DNA of 30,675 nucleotides from Chiloscyllium plagiosum. Taxonomy: Eukaryota. How positions within the stretch are numbered: position 1 is the stretch's first letter; each line of letters opens with the position of its first letter. Positions 9,859 through 22,416 of this stretch are shown piece after piece. The translations under genes were made by a program, and so were the position numbers. The stretch spans positions 58,448,411 through 58,479,085 of the forward strand of contig NC_057719.1 of NCBI RefSeq assembly GCF_004010195.1, in the 5' to 3' direction. Under the pieces are notes generated by a model. It was not told the origin of the DNA. It did not search any database and worked only from the letters and a program-made list of their open reading frames with translations.

Positions 9859-12800
9859 TCATAAGATATAGGAGCAGCATTAGGCCTTTCAGCCCATTGA
9901 CTCTGCTCTGCTATGGCTGATATGCTCCTCACCCTCATTTTACTGCCTTCTCTCCATATCCCTTCAACCCATTACCAATTAAAAATCTGTCTAACTCCTC
10001 ATTAAATTTACTCACTGTCCCAGCATCCAGAATACTTGGGCAGTGAATTCCACAGATTCACAACCCTTTGGGAGAAGTAGTTTCTCCTCAACTCTGTTTT
10101 AATTTTGCTACCCTTTATCCTAAGACTATGACCTCTCGTCCTAGAACGTCACACAGGAAGAAGCATCTGTTCTGTGTCAATTTTATCCACACCTTTTATC
10201 ATCTTGATTACCTCAATTTGATCTCTCCTCATTCTTCTAAATTCCAGAGACTATAGGCCTAAACTATTCAATCTCTCTTCACACGACAAACCCCTCATCT
10301 CTGGGATCAATCTAGTGAACCTCTTCTGAACTGCCTCCAATGCCACTGCATCCTTTCTCAAATAACGAGACCAAAACTGTGCACAGTACTCCAGATGTGG
10401 TCTCACGAATACCTTGTATAGCTGCAACAAAAATTCCTTGCCTTAATATTCTATTCTATTCACTTTCTTTATTATCTGCTGTTCCTGCATGCTGTTCCTG
10501 CATGCTAGTTTTCTGTGACTCATGAACGAGTACACCTAGATCCCTCTGCGCTGGAGCACCCCTGAAATCTTTCCCCATTAAGATAATAGGTCACCTTCCC
10601 ATTTTTCCAACCCAAATGCATGCCCTCACATTTATCCACATTAAACTATATCTGCCGCATTTTGGCCCACTCTCCTAATCTAACTATAATATCCATTTCT
10701 AAAGTTCTTATTACCTCATTGCAATTTACCAGCCCGCCTATTTTTGAGTCATCTGCAAGTTTGGCTATAGAACCTTCTGTCCCTGTATCCAAGTCATAAA
10801 ACCATGCTGACCCTGATGGATAGCATTTTGACTTTCCAAATGTCCTGATATTGCTTCCCTGATAACTGATTCTAACACTTCCCCAACAACTGATGTTAAA
10901 CTAACTGGTCTGTAATTTCCCACATTTTGCTTTGCTCTCTTGTTGAATAAGGGTGTTACATGAGCCATTTTCCAATCCACTGGAACCTTTCCTGCGTACA
11001 AGGAATTTTGGAATTTTGTAACCAACAGGGCTACTATCGCCACTGCCACTTCCTTTAATATCCTTCCAAATGAAACTGAGGTTAACTCGTCTCTCTTCCA
11101 ACCTAGTTACTGCATAAGGTACTCCCGATATGATTTTCTCTACATCAGGAAGATCAAACGTAAACTTAGGGAATGGTTCACCAAGCATCTCAGGTGGGCC
11201 CGCTGGGCTGACTGGATCTCCCAGTCACTGCCCATTTCCATTCCCCTTCCCACTTCCTTTCCTTGGCCTCCTCCATTGCCATGCAAACCAAACCGCAAAT
11301 TGGAGGAACAACACCTCATCTTCCACCTGGGCAGCCTACAACCTGGAAGACTCAACAATGAGTTCTCCAATTTCAAATAACCTTCCCATCCCTCGACACC
11401 CTACCTAGCACCCTCCCACCCTTCCCTGCCACCCTGCCACCAACTGGATTCATTCTTCCCATTGACCAACCAGGTCGTACCCTCTACTTGTCTTCACCAA
11501 TCCCTACTTCACCACCCTGCCCCTGCCACCCCCTATACCCACCCCCAGTCCTGAAGAAGCGGTACAACCAAAACGTCGACTTGCCTGCTTGCTGTGTTCT
11601 TCTAAACTCCTGCCTGTCTACTTTGGATTCCAGCATCTGCAGTTTTTTGTCCCTAACCCTAGCATGTAGACCATCAGGCCTGAGGACATGTTTGTCTTCA
11701 ATCCTAATAGTTGCTTTTCCCTATCGATGTTGATTGTTCTAAGTTCTACCTTATCTATTGTCTTTGACTTGCCTGTTCCAACAGGAATGGTACCGTTGTC
11801 CTCCACCACGAAAACTACGGCAAAGTATTGATTCAGCATCTCTGCCATTTCAGTGTTCCCCACTATTAACTCTCTGGTTTCATCTTCCAAGGAACCAACA
11901 TTAGCGACTCTCTTCCCTTTTAAATGTCCACAGAAACTTCTGCTATCTTTTTTGATATTTTGTGTTAGTTTTCGTTTGTAATTTACCTTAGCTCTTTTTA
12001 CTAACTTTTTAGTATCCTTTTTTCATGTTTGAAAGTTTCTCAATCATCCATCCTACGACTGGCCTTTGCAATTTAGTATACCTTAGCATTTGACTTTACA
12101 TTGCCCTTGACCTCTTTGTTTAGTCATAATTTTTTTTTAACATCCCTTATCACATTTCTTTCTCACTGGGATATATTTTTGTGAGGAATTGAGTAGCTCC
12201 TTAAACATCTGCTATTGCTCATCAGCATTTTACCATTTAGCCTTCCTGTCCAATGTACTCTAGCCAAATCTGTCCTCATGCCTATATAATTTCCTCTTTT
12301 TTTAAATCTAGAACACTACTGTGGGACTCCATTTTCTCATCCCTCAAACTAATTTTTGAATTCTATCATTCTATGGTCACTGCTACCATCCTTAACTATG
12401 ATGTCATCAATCAATCTTTCCTCATTACACAATATCAAATCCAGAGTAGCCTGCTCCCTGGTTGATTCCACAACATACTGCTCCAAGAAACAATCTGTAA
12501 TATACTCAATGAACTCTGCCTCCAGGCTACCCTTGCCAGTTTGATTCTTCCACTCTACATGCATGTTCAAATCACCCATGATTATTGCCAGACCTTTCTT
12601 GCAAGCCTCTAATATTTCCTGGTTTATATTGTGCCCCACTGTGGGACTACTGTTTGGGAACCTATAGACTACTCCTACCAAGTACTTCTTCCCTTTGCTA
12701 TTTCTTATTTCTACCCAGACTGATTCCACATCTTGATCTCACATACTTATGTCAATTCTCATTACAGCACTGATCCCATCCTTCACCAGCAAGGCCACCT

Positions 12801-12990
12801 CCTTTTCCTTTCAGTCTATCTTTCCAAAATGCTGAGTACCCCTGGATATTCAATTCCCTGACCCTGGTGTCTTGTAACCATGTCTCAGTAATTGCTACCA
12901 AATCATACTCTTTTGTTTCTATTTGCACTATTAACTCATTAATTTTGTTTCAAATGCTTTGTGCATTTATATACAATGCTTTTAAATTTG
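9859..12990 (-). mobile_element. CR1 LINE (ORF2 endonuclease + RT, decayed), interrupted by a Penelope fragment
   Basis: EN motifs VWVEIRN..GVVYR.PNS..IIMGDLN..LDLILCN..SDH (ORF 12349..12729) and RT motifs DWKMAHVTPLF..NYRPVSLTSVVG..QHGFM (ORF 10765..11049). The 3' end is CATAAGATATAGGAGCAG on the + strand. Confidence 0.9.
11064..11655 (+). mobile_element. Penelope-like element 3' fragment (GIY-YIG endonuclease C-terminus + terminus)
   Basis: Frameshifted FQ....T.LSSNLVYCI.....LYI.K.KRKL.E.F.KHL and KLEEQHLIFHLGSLQP, followed by a C-rich UTR and a hammerhead-like terminus. It splits the host CR1 motif PDGLHAR/ILKEVA. Confidence 0.8.
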
Positions 12991-13269
12991 TTCCACTGTT
13001 AAATTTCCCTATTTTTTTCTAATTCCTTGGGACAAAAAGATATTCGCTTATTCTGTCCCTCACCTTGATTGTCTTAAATGGTTTCTCTCTCAGTTTTAGC
13101 CTTCAGTCTCTCTCGCTTTCTGCCATGGCCTTCTTTTCATTCTTTCCCCATCATCTGCCCTGTCTCGTGTTGTTTGTTCTTGTGTCTGCATAATCTCATT
13201 CTCCACCACAGGACAAGAAGGCTAAGGCATCTTTTATTTTAGATATTATCCAATTAACTTCTCCCTTGC

Positions 13270-13397
13270 CCTATTTGTATCTAAGATTTGTACCTCAGTA
13301 CTTTGTACCTAAGATGTGGGCAAAATTGTAAACTTTTCATTGTGTTCTTGTATTTAACTAAACCTAATTCTAATTCTAACCTAATTCCAATTCTACT
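13270..13397 (+). repeat. LINE-like 3' end with (CTAATT)n tail
   Basis: CTAATTCTAATTCTAACCTAATTCCAATTCT at 13364-13394 follows TGTAAACTTTTCATTGTG. Confidence 0.45.
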
Positions 13398-13859
13398 TAT
13401 TTGCAGCCTTGTGTATGATGATACCAATCTTGGCTAACCATAGAGAAACCCCGACATTTAAGTGGTTTCTCACAGATGGCTACATATCTCACCTTTTTTT
13501 GCTACTATTAAACTTTTGTAAAATATAATTATCCATTACTTTGCCTTTCCATGCTCTGCCTTACTCCTACATTTTTTACTTTACTGTGCAACAAAAAGAA
13601 TATCTATTCAAGTAAAATGTTAGTTACTAATAAAGTTAAATATTGGTTTCTTACAAGAGCGTTAGATTTTGAACAAATAGCATTCTCATTAGGAACCTCA
13701 TCATCTTACAAAACCTGTCAAAGAGTCAAAAGGATTGCCTTTTTCTGAGCTTTGCCAGGTTTTCTTTACACAAGTTATTTATTTTACTTCCTGCTTTTTC
13801 TTTGTGTGTATATCTGTGTACTGATTGTTTCACTGTTCAATTCTCCTCATGTATGTTTA

Positions 13860-14220
13860 CCACACAGAAGGATGCCATTTAGGCCATAGTGCCTGTCTAT
13901 GACAACAAAGATTAGACTACGTTCATCCCATTTTCAAATTCTTGCTGTGGTGGTAATGGCAATACAAGTGCGTATCTAAATGTTGCTTGAAATTTATCAA
14001 TAGTAATAGGAGTCTTTCAGGCAGTGACTTCCAGACATTCACCCTCTGAATGAAAACATTTCTCCTCATCCTTATACTGGTTCCCTGAATTTGTGACCCA
14101 TCTATGTTTGGAAAAAGTGCCTTCCTAATTGCCCTTTCTACATCCCCCATAAACTCCTCTGTCAGATTTGCTCTTGATCTTTGTTGCTGCTTATGTCTGT
14201 CAACCACATGATCTCCATAT
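13860..14220 (-). mobile_element. Old CR1 3' fragment
   Basis: ORF 13923..14207 contains MRRNVFIQRVNVWKSLPE, the CR1 ORF2 C-terminal F.QRVV..WN.LP motif. Confidence 0.65.
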
Positions 14221-14477
14221 CTTATTTTTTTGTATTAGTATTGCTTCTAGACCAAAGATTCCCAAACTGCATAGATCTGAATTTCTCATCATCAAAGAAA
14301 GGAACAATTGATTCCTCTACGGTGAATGGAAACACTTCAAAGTCCTTTACAAACATTCTTGGAAACAGTGAAAGAATCAACAGATATTTTCAATAAATTA
14401 TGTATTTTTCTTGTTACAGTTTTTCCCATATTAAATGTCATCACAGTATTTTTGCATATTCGATCAAGTGTGGTGCT

Positions 14478-17272
14478 GGTTCCCTCTGCAACTCTCTCAT
14501 TAGGTCCACACTCTCCCCAACTCCGTCCCCACACCTGGCACCTTCCCCTGTTGCCATAAGAATTGCAAAGCGTGTGCCCACACCTTCCCCCTCACCTCCC
14601 TCCAAGACTCCAAAGGATCTTTCAAACTCCAATAGAGATATACTTAATTACTGCAGCTGTGCATCTGTTGCTCTCGAGGTGGTCTCCTCTATATTGGAGA
14701 GACCAAGAGCAAGTTCGCAGAATGGTTCAGGGAACATTCAGTCCGTATGCACCAACCAACCTCATCTACCAGTGGCTGTTCATTTCAACTCCCCCGATGA
14801 CATGTCAATTCTTGGCCTCCTCCATTGGCTAAACACGGCCACCTGCAAACTGGTGGAGGAACATCTCATCTTCCACCTTGGGGTCCCAAAACCACACAGC
14901 CTTAATATTTAATCCATCAGTTTGCAAATCTCCCCATCTCCCACCCCATCCCAGATCAAACCCTCCAATTCAGCACCACCATTTTGATCTGACCTTCCTG
15001 TCCATCTTCCTTAGAACATAGAACAATACAGCACAGAACAGGCCCTTCGGTCCTCGATGTTGCACGACCTGTGAACTAATTTAAGCCCATCACCCTACAC
15101 TATCCCATCATCATCCATTTGCTTATGCAAGGACTGCTTAAATGCTCCTAATCTGGCTGAGTTACCTACATTGGCAGGTAGGACGTTCCATACCCTTACC
15201 ACTCTCTGAGTGAAGAACCTGCCTCTAACATCTGCCGTAGATCTATCACCCCTGAATTTGAAGCTATGCTCCCTCGTAGAAGCAGATATCATCATCCTAG
15301 GAAGAAAAACTCTCACTCTCCACCCTATCTAATCCTCTCATCATCTTCTATGTCTCTATTAAATTGCCTCTTAGCCTCCTTCTTTCCAGTGAGAACAGAC
15401 CCAGTCCCTCAGCCTTTCCTCATAAAACCTTCACTTCAGACCAGGCAACATCCTGGTAAATCTTCTCACCACTTTTTCCAATGCTTCCACATCCTTCCTG
15501 TAATGGGGTGACCAGAACTGCACACAGTACTCCAAGTGAGGCCACACTAGCATTTTGTACAGTTGCAGCACGACATCACGGCTTTGGAAATCAATCCCTC
15601 TACCAATAAAACCTAATGCCATCTTAACAGTACTATCAACCTGGGTGGCAACTTTCAGAGATCTATGTACATGGACACCAAGATCCCTCTGTACATCCAC
15701 ACTACCAAGAATCTTTCCATTACTCCAGTATTCTGTCTTCCTGTTATTCTTCCCAAAGTGAATCACCCCACATTTATCTGCATTGAACTTCATTTGCTAC
15801 CTTTCAGCCCAGTTCTGCAGTTTATCCAAGTCTCCCTGCAACCTGTAACACTGTCCACCACTCCACTGACTCTACTATCATCTGCAAACTTACTAACCCA
15901 TTCACTTATACCTGCGTCCAAGTCGTTTATAAAAATGACCAGCAGCAATGGACCCAAAACAGATCCTTGTGGCACACTACTAGTAACTGGCCTCCAGGCT
16001 GAATATTTTCCATCAACCATTACTCATTGCCTTCTTACAGAAAACCAGTTTCAAATCCAAACTGCTAAATCATCTTCAATCCTATGCCTCTGAATTTTCT
16101 GCAGTAGCCCACCATGTGGAACCTAATCAAAGGCTTTGCTGAAGTCCATGTACACCATGTCAGCTGCCCTACCCTCATCCACATGCTTGGTCACCTTCTC
16201 AAAAAACTCAATGAGGTTTGTGAGACACAATCTGCCCTTGATGAATCCATGTTGACTATTTCCAATCAAATTGTTGCTTGCTAGATGATTATAAATTCTA
16301 TCTCTTATAATCCTTTCTAAAACTTTTCCTACAGCAGACGTAAGGCTCACTGCTCTATAATTATCTGGGTTATCTCTACTGCCCTTCTTGAACAGGGCAC
16401 AACATTTGCAATCCTCCAGTCCTCTGGTACTAAACCTGTAGATAATGATGACACAAAGATCAAGGCCAAGGGTTCAGCCATCTCCTTCTTAGCTTCCCAG
16501 AGAATCCTCGGATAAATCCCATCTGGCCAGGGGGACTTCTCTATTTTCATTCCTTCTGGAATTGATAGCACCTCCACCTTACTAACATCAATCCTTTCAA
16601 GTCTAACAGCCTGTATCTCAGTCTTTTCCTCCACAATATTCTCCTTTTCCTGAATGAAAGCAGATGAGAAATATTCATTTAGCACCTCTCTGATATCCAC
16701 AGGGTCCACATACAACTTCCCACTTCTGTCTTTGACAGGCCATATTCCTAGTTTAGTCATCATTTTATTCCTCACATACCTATAGCAAGCTTTAGGGTTC
16801 TCCTTTATTTTACCCACTAAAGACTGCACATGTCCCCTCCTTGCTCTTCTTAATTGTCTCTTTAAATTCTTTCTAGCTACTCAGTAATGCTCCATCTCAC
16901 CTCAATATCACATAAGCCTCCCTCTTCCATTAACAGGAGATAAATTTCTTTAGTAAATCACAGTTCCCTTACTTTATCACTTCCTCCTTGCCTGACAGGG
17001 ACTTCCTTCCCACCTATCTGCTCCACACTTCCCACTAACCTATTACAGTCACCTTCTACCTGCATCCACCTATCACCATCCCACCTAACTTTCCGCGAGG
17101 CCTAGCCCCCCTATTTATTTCTCAGTACTCCCCCATCCCCAGCCCTGATGAACGGTCACGTCCAAAACATCAATTCTCTTGCTCCTCGGATGGTGCCTGA
17201 CCTACTGTCCTTTTTCTCGAGCCACATTTTATCGAATCTGACTCCTCAGCACCTGCAGTCCTCACTATTTTC
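14478..17272 (+). mobile_element. Penelope-like element (GIY-YIG region 14478-14912, UTR to 15012, resumes 17002-17272)
   Basis: PGTFPCCHKNCKACAH, GLLYIGETK.KFAEWFREH and HLPVAVHFNSP..MSILGL..KLVEEHLIFHLG. The terminus with CTGATGA is at 17145. Confidence 0.85.
15013..17001 (-). mobile_element. Relatively young 5'-truncated CR1 (HER1-like) LINE with 7-bp TSD
   Basis: RT motifs SSVPQGSVLGPLL..FADD, YMDFSKAFD, HLEYCVQFWSP and FFTQRVV..WN.LP. AGAACATAGAACA tail. CTTCCTT at 15006-15012 and 17002-17008. Confidence 0.95.
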
Positions 17273-17566
17273 TATTTTTGTATATTGAAAAGTAGCAAGC
17301 GTCCCTCAGATATTCAAAAAAGAAGAGAGAAATTGGGGAACCAAAGGCTTATTAAAATTACACCATATACCTGGAAAAGTGTTTAGAGTCTAGTTTTCAA
17401 AATGTGGTAATAGGGCACTAAGAAACTCATAACTAATTAAGCAAAGTCAATTTTTATTAATGAAAGGAAAATAATTCTTGATATCTGTTACAAGTTATTG
17501 AGATGGTTTCTGGAGGATGAGTAAAGAAAAATCAGTAGTTATTTGAATTTTTAAAATACATTTAAA

Positions 17567-18865
17567 CCATAAGACATAGGAATAGAAGTAGATCATTCGA
17601 CCCAATGAGTCTGCTTTGCCATTCGATGAGATCATGGCTGATCTGATTATCGTCAAATTCACTTTACTGCCTTTTCCCCATACCGCATGATTTCCTGATT
17701 GATTAAACATCTGTCCATCTTAGCCTTAAATATACTCAGATAACTCTGACAAGAACAAATTTCACAGATTCAGTATCCTCCGAGAGAATAAATTTAATGC
17801 TAATCCTTTAAATAGGCAACCCCCTGCTCTGAGATTATGCCCTCTGTTCCTAGACTCTCTCACAAAGGAAAACAACCTCTCCGCATTATCCTGTCAAATT
17901 CACAATAATCTGACATTTCAGTAAGGTTACCTCTCATTTGTTGACATTCCAGTGAGGACAGGTCCAACCAATTCAGACTCCCTTCATAAGAAGACCCACC
18001 CCCATACGTGGCATCAACCTAATAAGCTTTATCTGGATTGCCTCCAATGCCAGCATATCTTAATTAAGGGGACAACATTATTCACTGAATTGTAGGTGTG
18101 ATTTGACCAGTTCCTTATGTAATTTTAACAAGACTTCCTAATTTTTATACTCTATTCCTTTTGAAATAAAGGCTAATGTTTTGTTTTGCTTCCCTGTTAC
18201 CTGTTGGACTTGTGTATAGCTTTTTGTGCTTTGTTCATGAAGACCCTCAAATGTCTCTGTAATGTAGCTTTCTGGGGACTTTTCTCATTTAAATAATATT
18301 CAACACCTTTTTTCTTCCTGCCCAAGTGTATAACCTCCAGTTTTCCCACATGTATTAGAACATAGAAAAGTACAGCACAGAACAGGCCCTTTGGCCCACG
18401 ATGTTATGCCGAGATTTAATCCTAATGTAAAATATAGTAACTTAACCTACGCACCCCTCAACTCACTGCTATCCATGTGCATGTCCAGCAGTCCCTTAAA
18501 TGGCCCCAATGACTCTGCTTCCACCGCCACATGCATTCCATGCATTCACAACTCTCTGCGTAAAGAACCTACCTCTGACATCTCCTTTATACCTTCCTCC
18601 TAATATCTTCAAACTATGACTCCTCGTACCAGTCAATCCTGCCCTGGGGAAAAGTCTCTGGCTATTGACTCGATCTATTCCACTCATTATCTTGCATACC
18701 TCGATCAGGTCTCCTCTCTTCCTCCTTCTCTCCAGAGAGAAAAGGGCTTATTCTGTCATGTTTTTTTCCCACTCACTAAACCTGTTTGTATCCCTCTGCA
18801 GATTTTGTGTCATCTTCACGCACTTGCCTTTCCACCTATTTTTATGTCATCCCCAAATTTGATAA
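17567..18865 (-). mobile_element. CR1 3' fragment nested in the + strand CR1
   Basis: 3' end CCATAAGACATAGG on the + strand. Co-linear with the 9859-10760 CR1 3' region. Confidence 0.8.
18356..18746 (-). mobile_element. Young CR1 3' fragment (same type as 15013-17001)
   Basis: AGAACATAGAAAAGTACAGCACAGAACAGGCCCTT end, and RYKGDVRGRFFTQRVVNAWN. Confidence 0.85.
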
Positions 18866-21800
18866 TAGCAACAAAGCTTGTTGTTATATAAAATTTGGGT
18901 TCATGGGATTGGAGGTGATATTAGCATGATTTGAAGATTAGCTATCTGAGCAAAGGTTGAGGAGGAATAGACACTTCATCTTCACTTGGTTTTGTTTGTA
19001 AACTAGCAGGATATTGCAAAAGTTAAGACCAAGGAGTTTTTACCTTGTTTAATGAATTCAAGTCTGCTGATGGTACTAACTTAGGTGGGAAAGTATGTTA
19101 GGATGAGAATAAAAAGGGACTGCAAAGTGATAGAGAGGTTGAGTGAATGGATAAGAATATGGTGGATAACATACAGTGTGAGGAAATGTGAAGTTACCTG
19201 CTTTGGTAGTTTTTTAAAATAAGTTGTATTTATTTTAAATGGCTAAAAACGGACATCTGTAATTCAAAAGGATCTGGTGTCCCTGTACACACTACAAATG
19301 CAACTCACAATCACAAGAAATAATCAGAAAGACAAATTGTGTCGCCTTAGAACAGTTGTGTAGGATTATTAGGTGAGTATACCTAGAGTACTGTGTAGTT
19401 TTGGTGCCTTAACTAGGAAAAAATGTACTTGCTTTGGAGGCAGTGCAGTGATGGTTCTCTGTACCGATTCCTGTGATTAGTGGATTTTACTATAAAGAGG
19501 GATTAACTAGACTAGACCTGTATTCTCTAAAATTTATAAGAATGAGTAGTGATCTCATTGAAGGATATAAAGCTCATATGGAGCTTGACACAGTAAATGC
19601 TGGGTGGATGATTCCCTTGAGTGTAGAATTTAGAACTCAAAGCCATATTCTGGGGCTGATAGGTTCACCATTTAGTTCTGAAAACATTTTTTTCCTGCCA
19701 AGTATTCAGAAATTTTGGAACTCTGTATCCCAGAGAGTTGTGAATGCTTCAGTGTTGAGTTTAGTCAAGACTGAGAATTTTGGTTATTAGTGGAATCACA
19801 GGGAATGAAATTGTGTGATAAAGTACAATAAGGTAGGAGATTCAGTTTGTTAGCATCGAATGACAAAGAAGGCTCAAATGGCTGAATTACTGCTCTTATG
19901 TAGTTGTGCTTTTATATATTGATTAATTTTCCAATTTTTGAATAGATCAAAAACCTTGAACTAATAACTTATTGGATGTTACAGTGCTGGGGATGGGAGA
20001 AAATTGAACTCTCTTGGGATAAATGAATTCAGATGCAAATGGGCTTAATCTGTAATTAGCTTATGACAATAAGTTTCCTGAAACATTATAAAACATACGG
20101 AGTGTACAATATAAACTCCAAATAAAAAAAACAATTAATTGTATTCTTTCAGGATCATCTACTACAGTGATAAACTAGTAATAAATGCATGCTTCTTTGA
20201 AAATTTACCTCTTATAGCAAACCATTAACACTTTCAGCAGCCTACACACCATTTCTCTTTTTAACAATGCAAGAATGCAGGTTTTCCTATCTCTTATTTT
20301 TTGTCCATAATTCCTGGTATGCAGTGATTATACAGCTCATATATAAAATTATGATTTTACACTACCAAATAATAATTGCTTCCTTATATACTGAGAAATA
20401 AAGATTTTTCTTAGAGGTTTCAAGTCTCCTGCATCCAATGTTTTTGAAACCAGGGGCCTGAAATCATCCAGCATGAATCATAAATGCACAGACATAAAAT
20501 AGGTGGAATGACAATGAGAGATAAACAGAATGTTTACCTATCCCTTATGAGCTGATGCTGATATGTAAATTTATTCTCCTCCGTTGCACAAATATACATT
20601 CTGGGCCTTGCTTAAACACTTCAGAGGTCTTAGTCAAACAGCTTTAATGGTGTTTCCAATATTCTGAATGTGTGACATTTGATGAATGTCTTGTGCAGCT
20701 TGATATCCAAGGAATAGTGTGAATGAAAGAATCATTGATAACTACCTTACCACATTAAGATAATTTATTATTTTACTGTTCATATTCATCTTGACATTTT
20801 TATCTGCAGAAAGCAAATTTCATTTGAAATATCTAATCTAAGATTTATTTTGGATATTGGCTTTTTCCTGTTGATCGTTGAAAGAGATCCCAAAGGAAAT
20901 TGTGCATTCAGTCTCAGATTAAGTAGAAGGTCTACAGTTGTTAGGGGAGTTCTACATTTAACACACAAAAGTACACATTAAAACTGCATCGTGAAGACCC
21001 ATTAAGGTAACAACTTAGGTTTTGGAACAGTGTAGCTGAAGGCCATATATTTACAAATGACAAAGGGTTATACCACAGCATTTATTATTCTTTTTAAATT
21101 CATGTTTCCCTTGGTGAGCTGGATAACAATCCAAATAAATATCACAAAAAGTCCAGACTAGAAATTCTTGAAAACAAAGCTGCACAGAAGACCTCTGATC
21201 TCCAAATGGCAAATATGATTTAAAAATAGCTCTGTGTACTCTAACCCATCTGATGTATTAAAATCATTGAGCATTAGAAATTAATCAATGAAATAGTACA
21301 ATTATAACCTTAAGTAAAACTTGTGAATTTTCTGTGGAGTTCTGATATTCCTGCAGCACAAGAATGCATTATAGTTTCTGCCCACAGAAAAATTGTATGT
21401 GGTTGATTTACACACATACTCATTAAAACATTTAAAATGAATTTCATTATTTGCATCACTTCCAAGTTACATCCCAAAGATCTTTTACTGCTGACATAAC
21501 TGCATCCTTTACATGATGGTAAAACTATTTCATCAAGTTTCCTTTGTTTATGCAGACAGCATGGTGTCTACCCTCAATAATTAGGCCACATTGTGATTTA
21601 AGATTGTCTGATACTTGTGGCACTTGATAATTTATTCACAGTTTTTCAAAATATCATTCTTTCAAAGATCTAAACTATATTGGCCTAACATGTTGTCAGT
21701 CATGGTGCAATTGAAATTTTGCAGATTCTACAATGTGTTTTGAAGGGATTACATAGCAGGAAAGCCCTTCCTCATGGGATTGTCACTGTTCAGTGTAAGA

Positions 21801-21998
21801 GTAGAAAGAGCAGGAGTATAACAAATATTTGTATTTATACCTTCACCATCTTAAAGCAATCTAAGGTTCTTTACAGGAGGTTCATAAACCACAATGTTGC
21901 TGTCAACATTCTTGAATGTACCTCAATTTGAAGATGACATCTACTCCAGCATTAAGTTTCAGCCTCATGGCCTTATATCTGAGTAATATGATTCTTAA

Positions 21999-22112
21999 GA
22001 GACAGTGAGGTCTGCAGATGTTGGAGATCAGAGTTGAGAGTGTGTTGCTGGAAAAGCATAACAGGTCAGGCAGTATCCGAGGAGCAGGAAAATCGACATT
22101 TTGGGCCAGAGC
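21999..22112 (-). mobile_element. Short Penelope-terminus insertion with TSD
   Basis: Reverse complement matches 17160-17270. Flanked by TGATTCTTAA at 21989-21998 and 22116-22125 (13 bp with one mismatch). Confidence 0.85.
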
Positions 22113-22416
22113 ATGTGATTCTTAATCTAATGATTTTTGGACGTGCACTTCCCTGAAGAAGTAGGTACCAGGATACAGGATTTGCTCCGTTTTATTTCCT
22201 GTCGCTGCTCTAACTCATCATTAAGGTACTGGGACTCGAATTATGACATAATTTGATCGACAATTTGTCACCTTTGTGAACGATTGATATCAAGCTTCTT
22301 GCACTCATTAAGGCCAATACTGCAACACTTCAAGGAGAGCTTCAGAGTGCCTTCAAAGTTTCTTTCTTGTCATCTCTGGAGGTTTGGCCATTTTGGGCAT
22401 CTGGAGAACAGGTACA

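Larger units (their letters stand above)
17320..19910 (+). mobile_element. Old CR1 LINE (17320-17565 and 18866-19910), split by nested insertions
   Basis: Decayed GNYRP..GK.LES..MKGK..YL.F region continues after 18866 with HGIGG. ORF 19473..19790 contains LYSLK.IRM.SDLIE.YK..WNS.SQRVV. Confidence 0.7.

Noticed and set aside
14400..14912. 170-aa ORF as a host gene
   Set aside because: Only the C-terminal part is in the Penelope GIY-YIG frame. The rest is off-frame Penelope or flanking sequence.
15665..16093. 142-aa + strand ORF
   Set aside because: Antisense shadow of the CR1 RT.
20209..20390. Minus-strand exon candidate
   Set aside because: Stops in all three frames.
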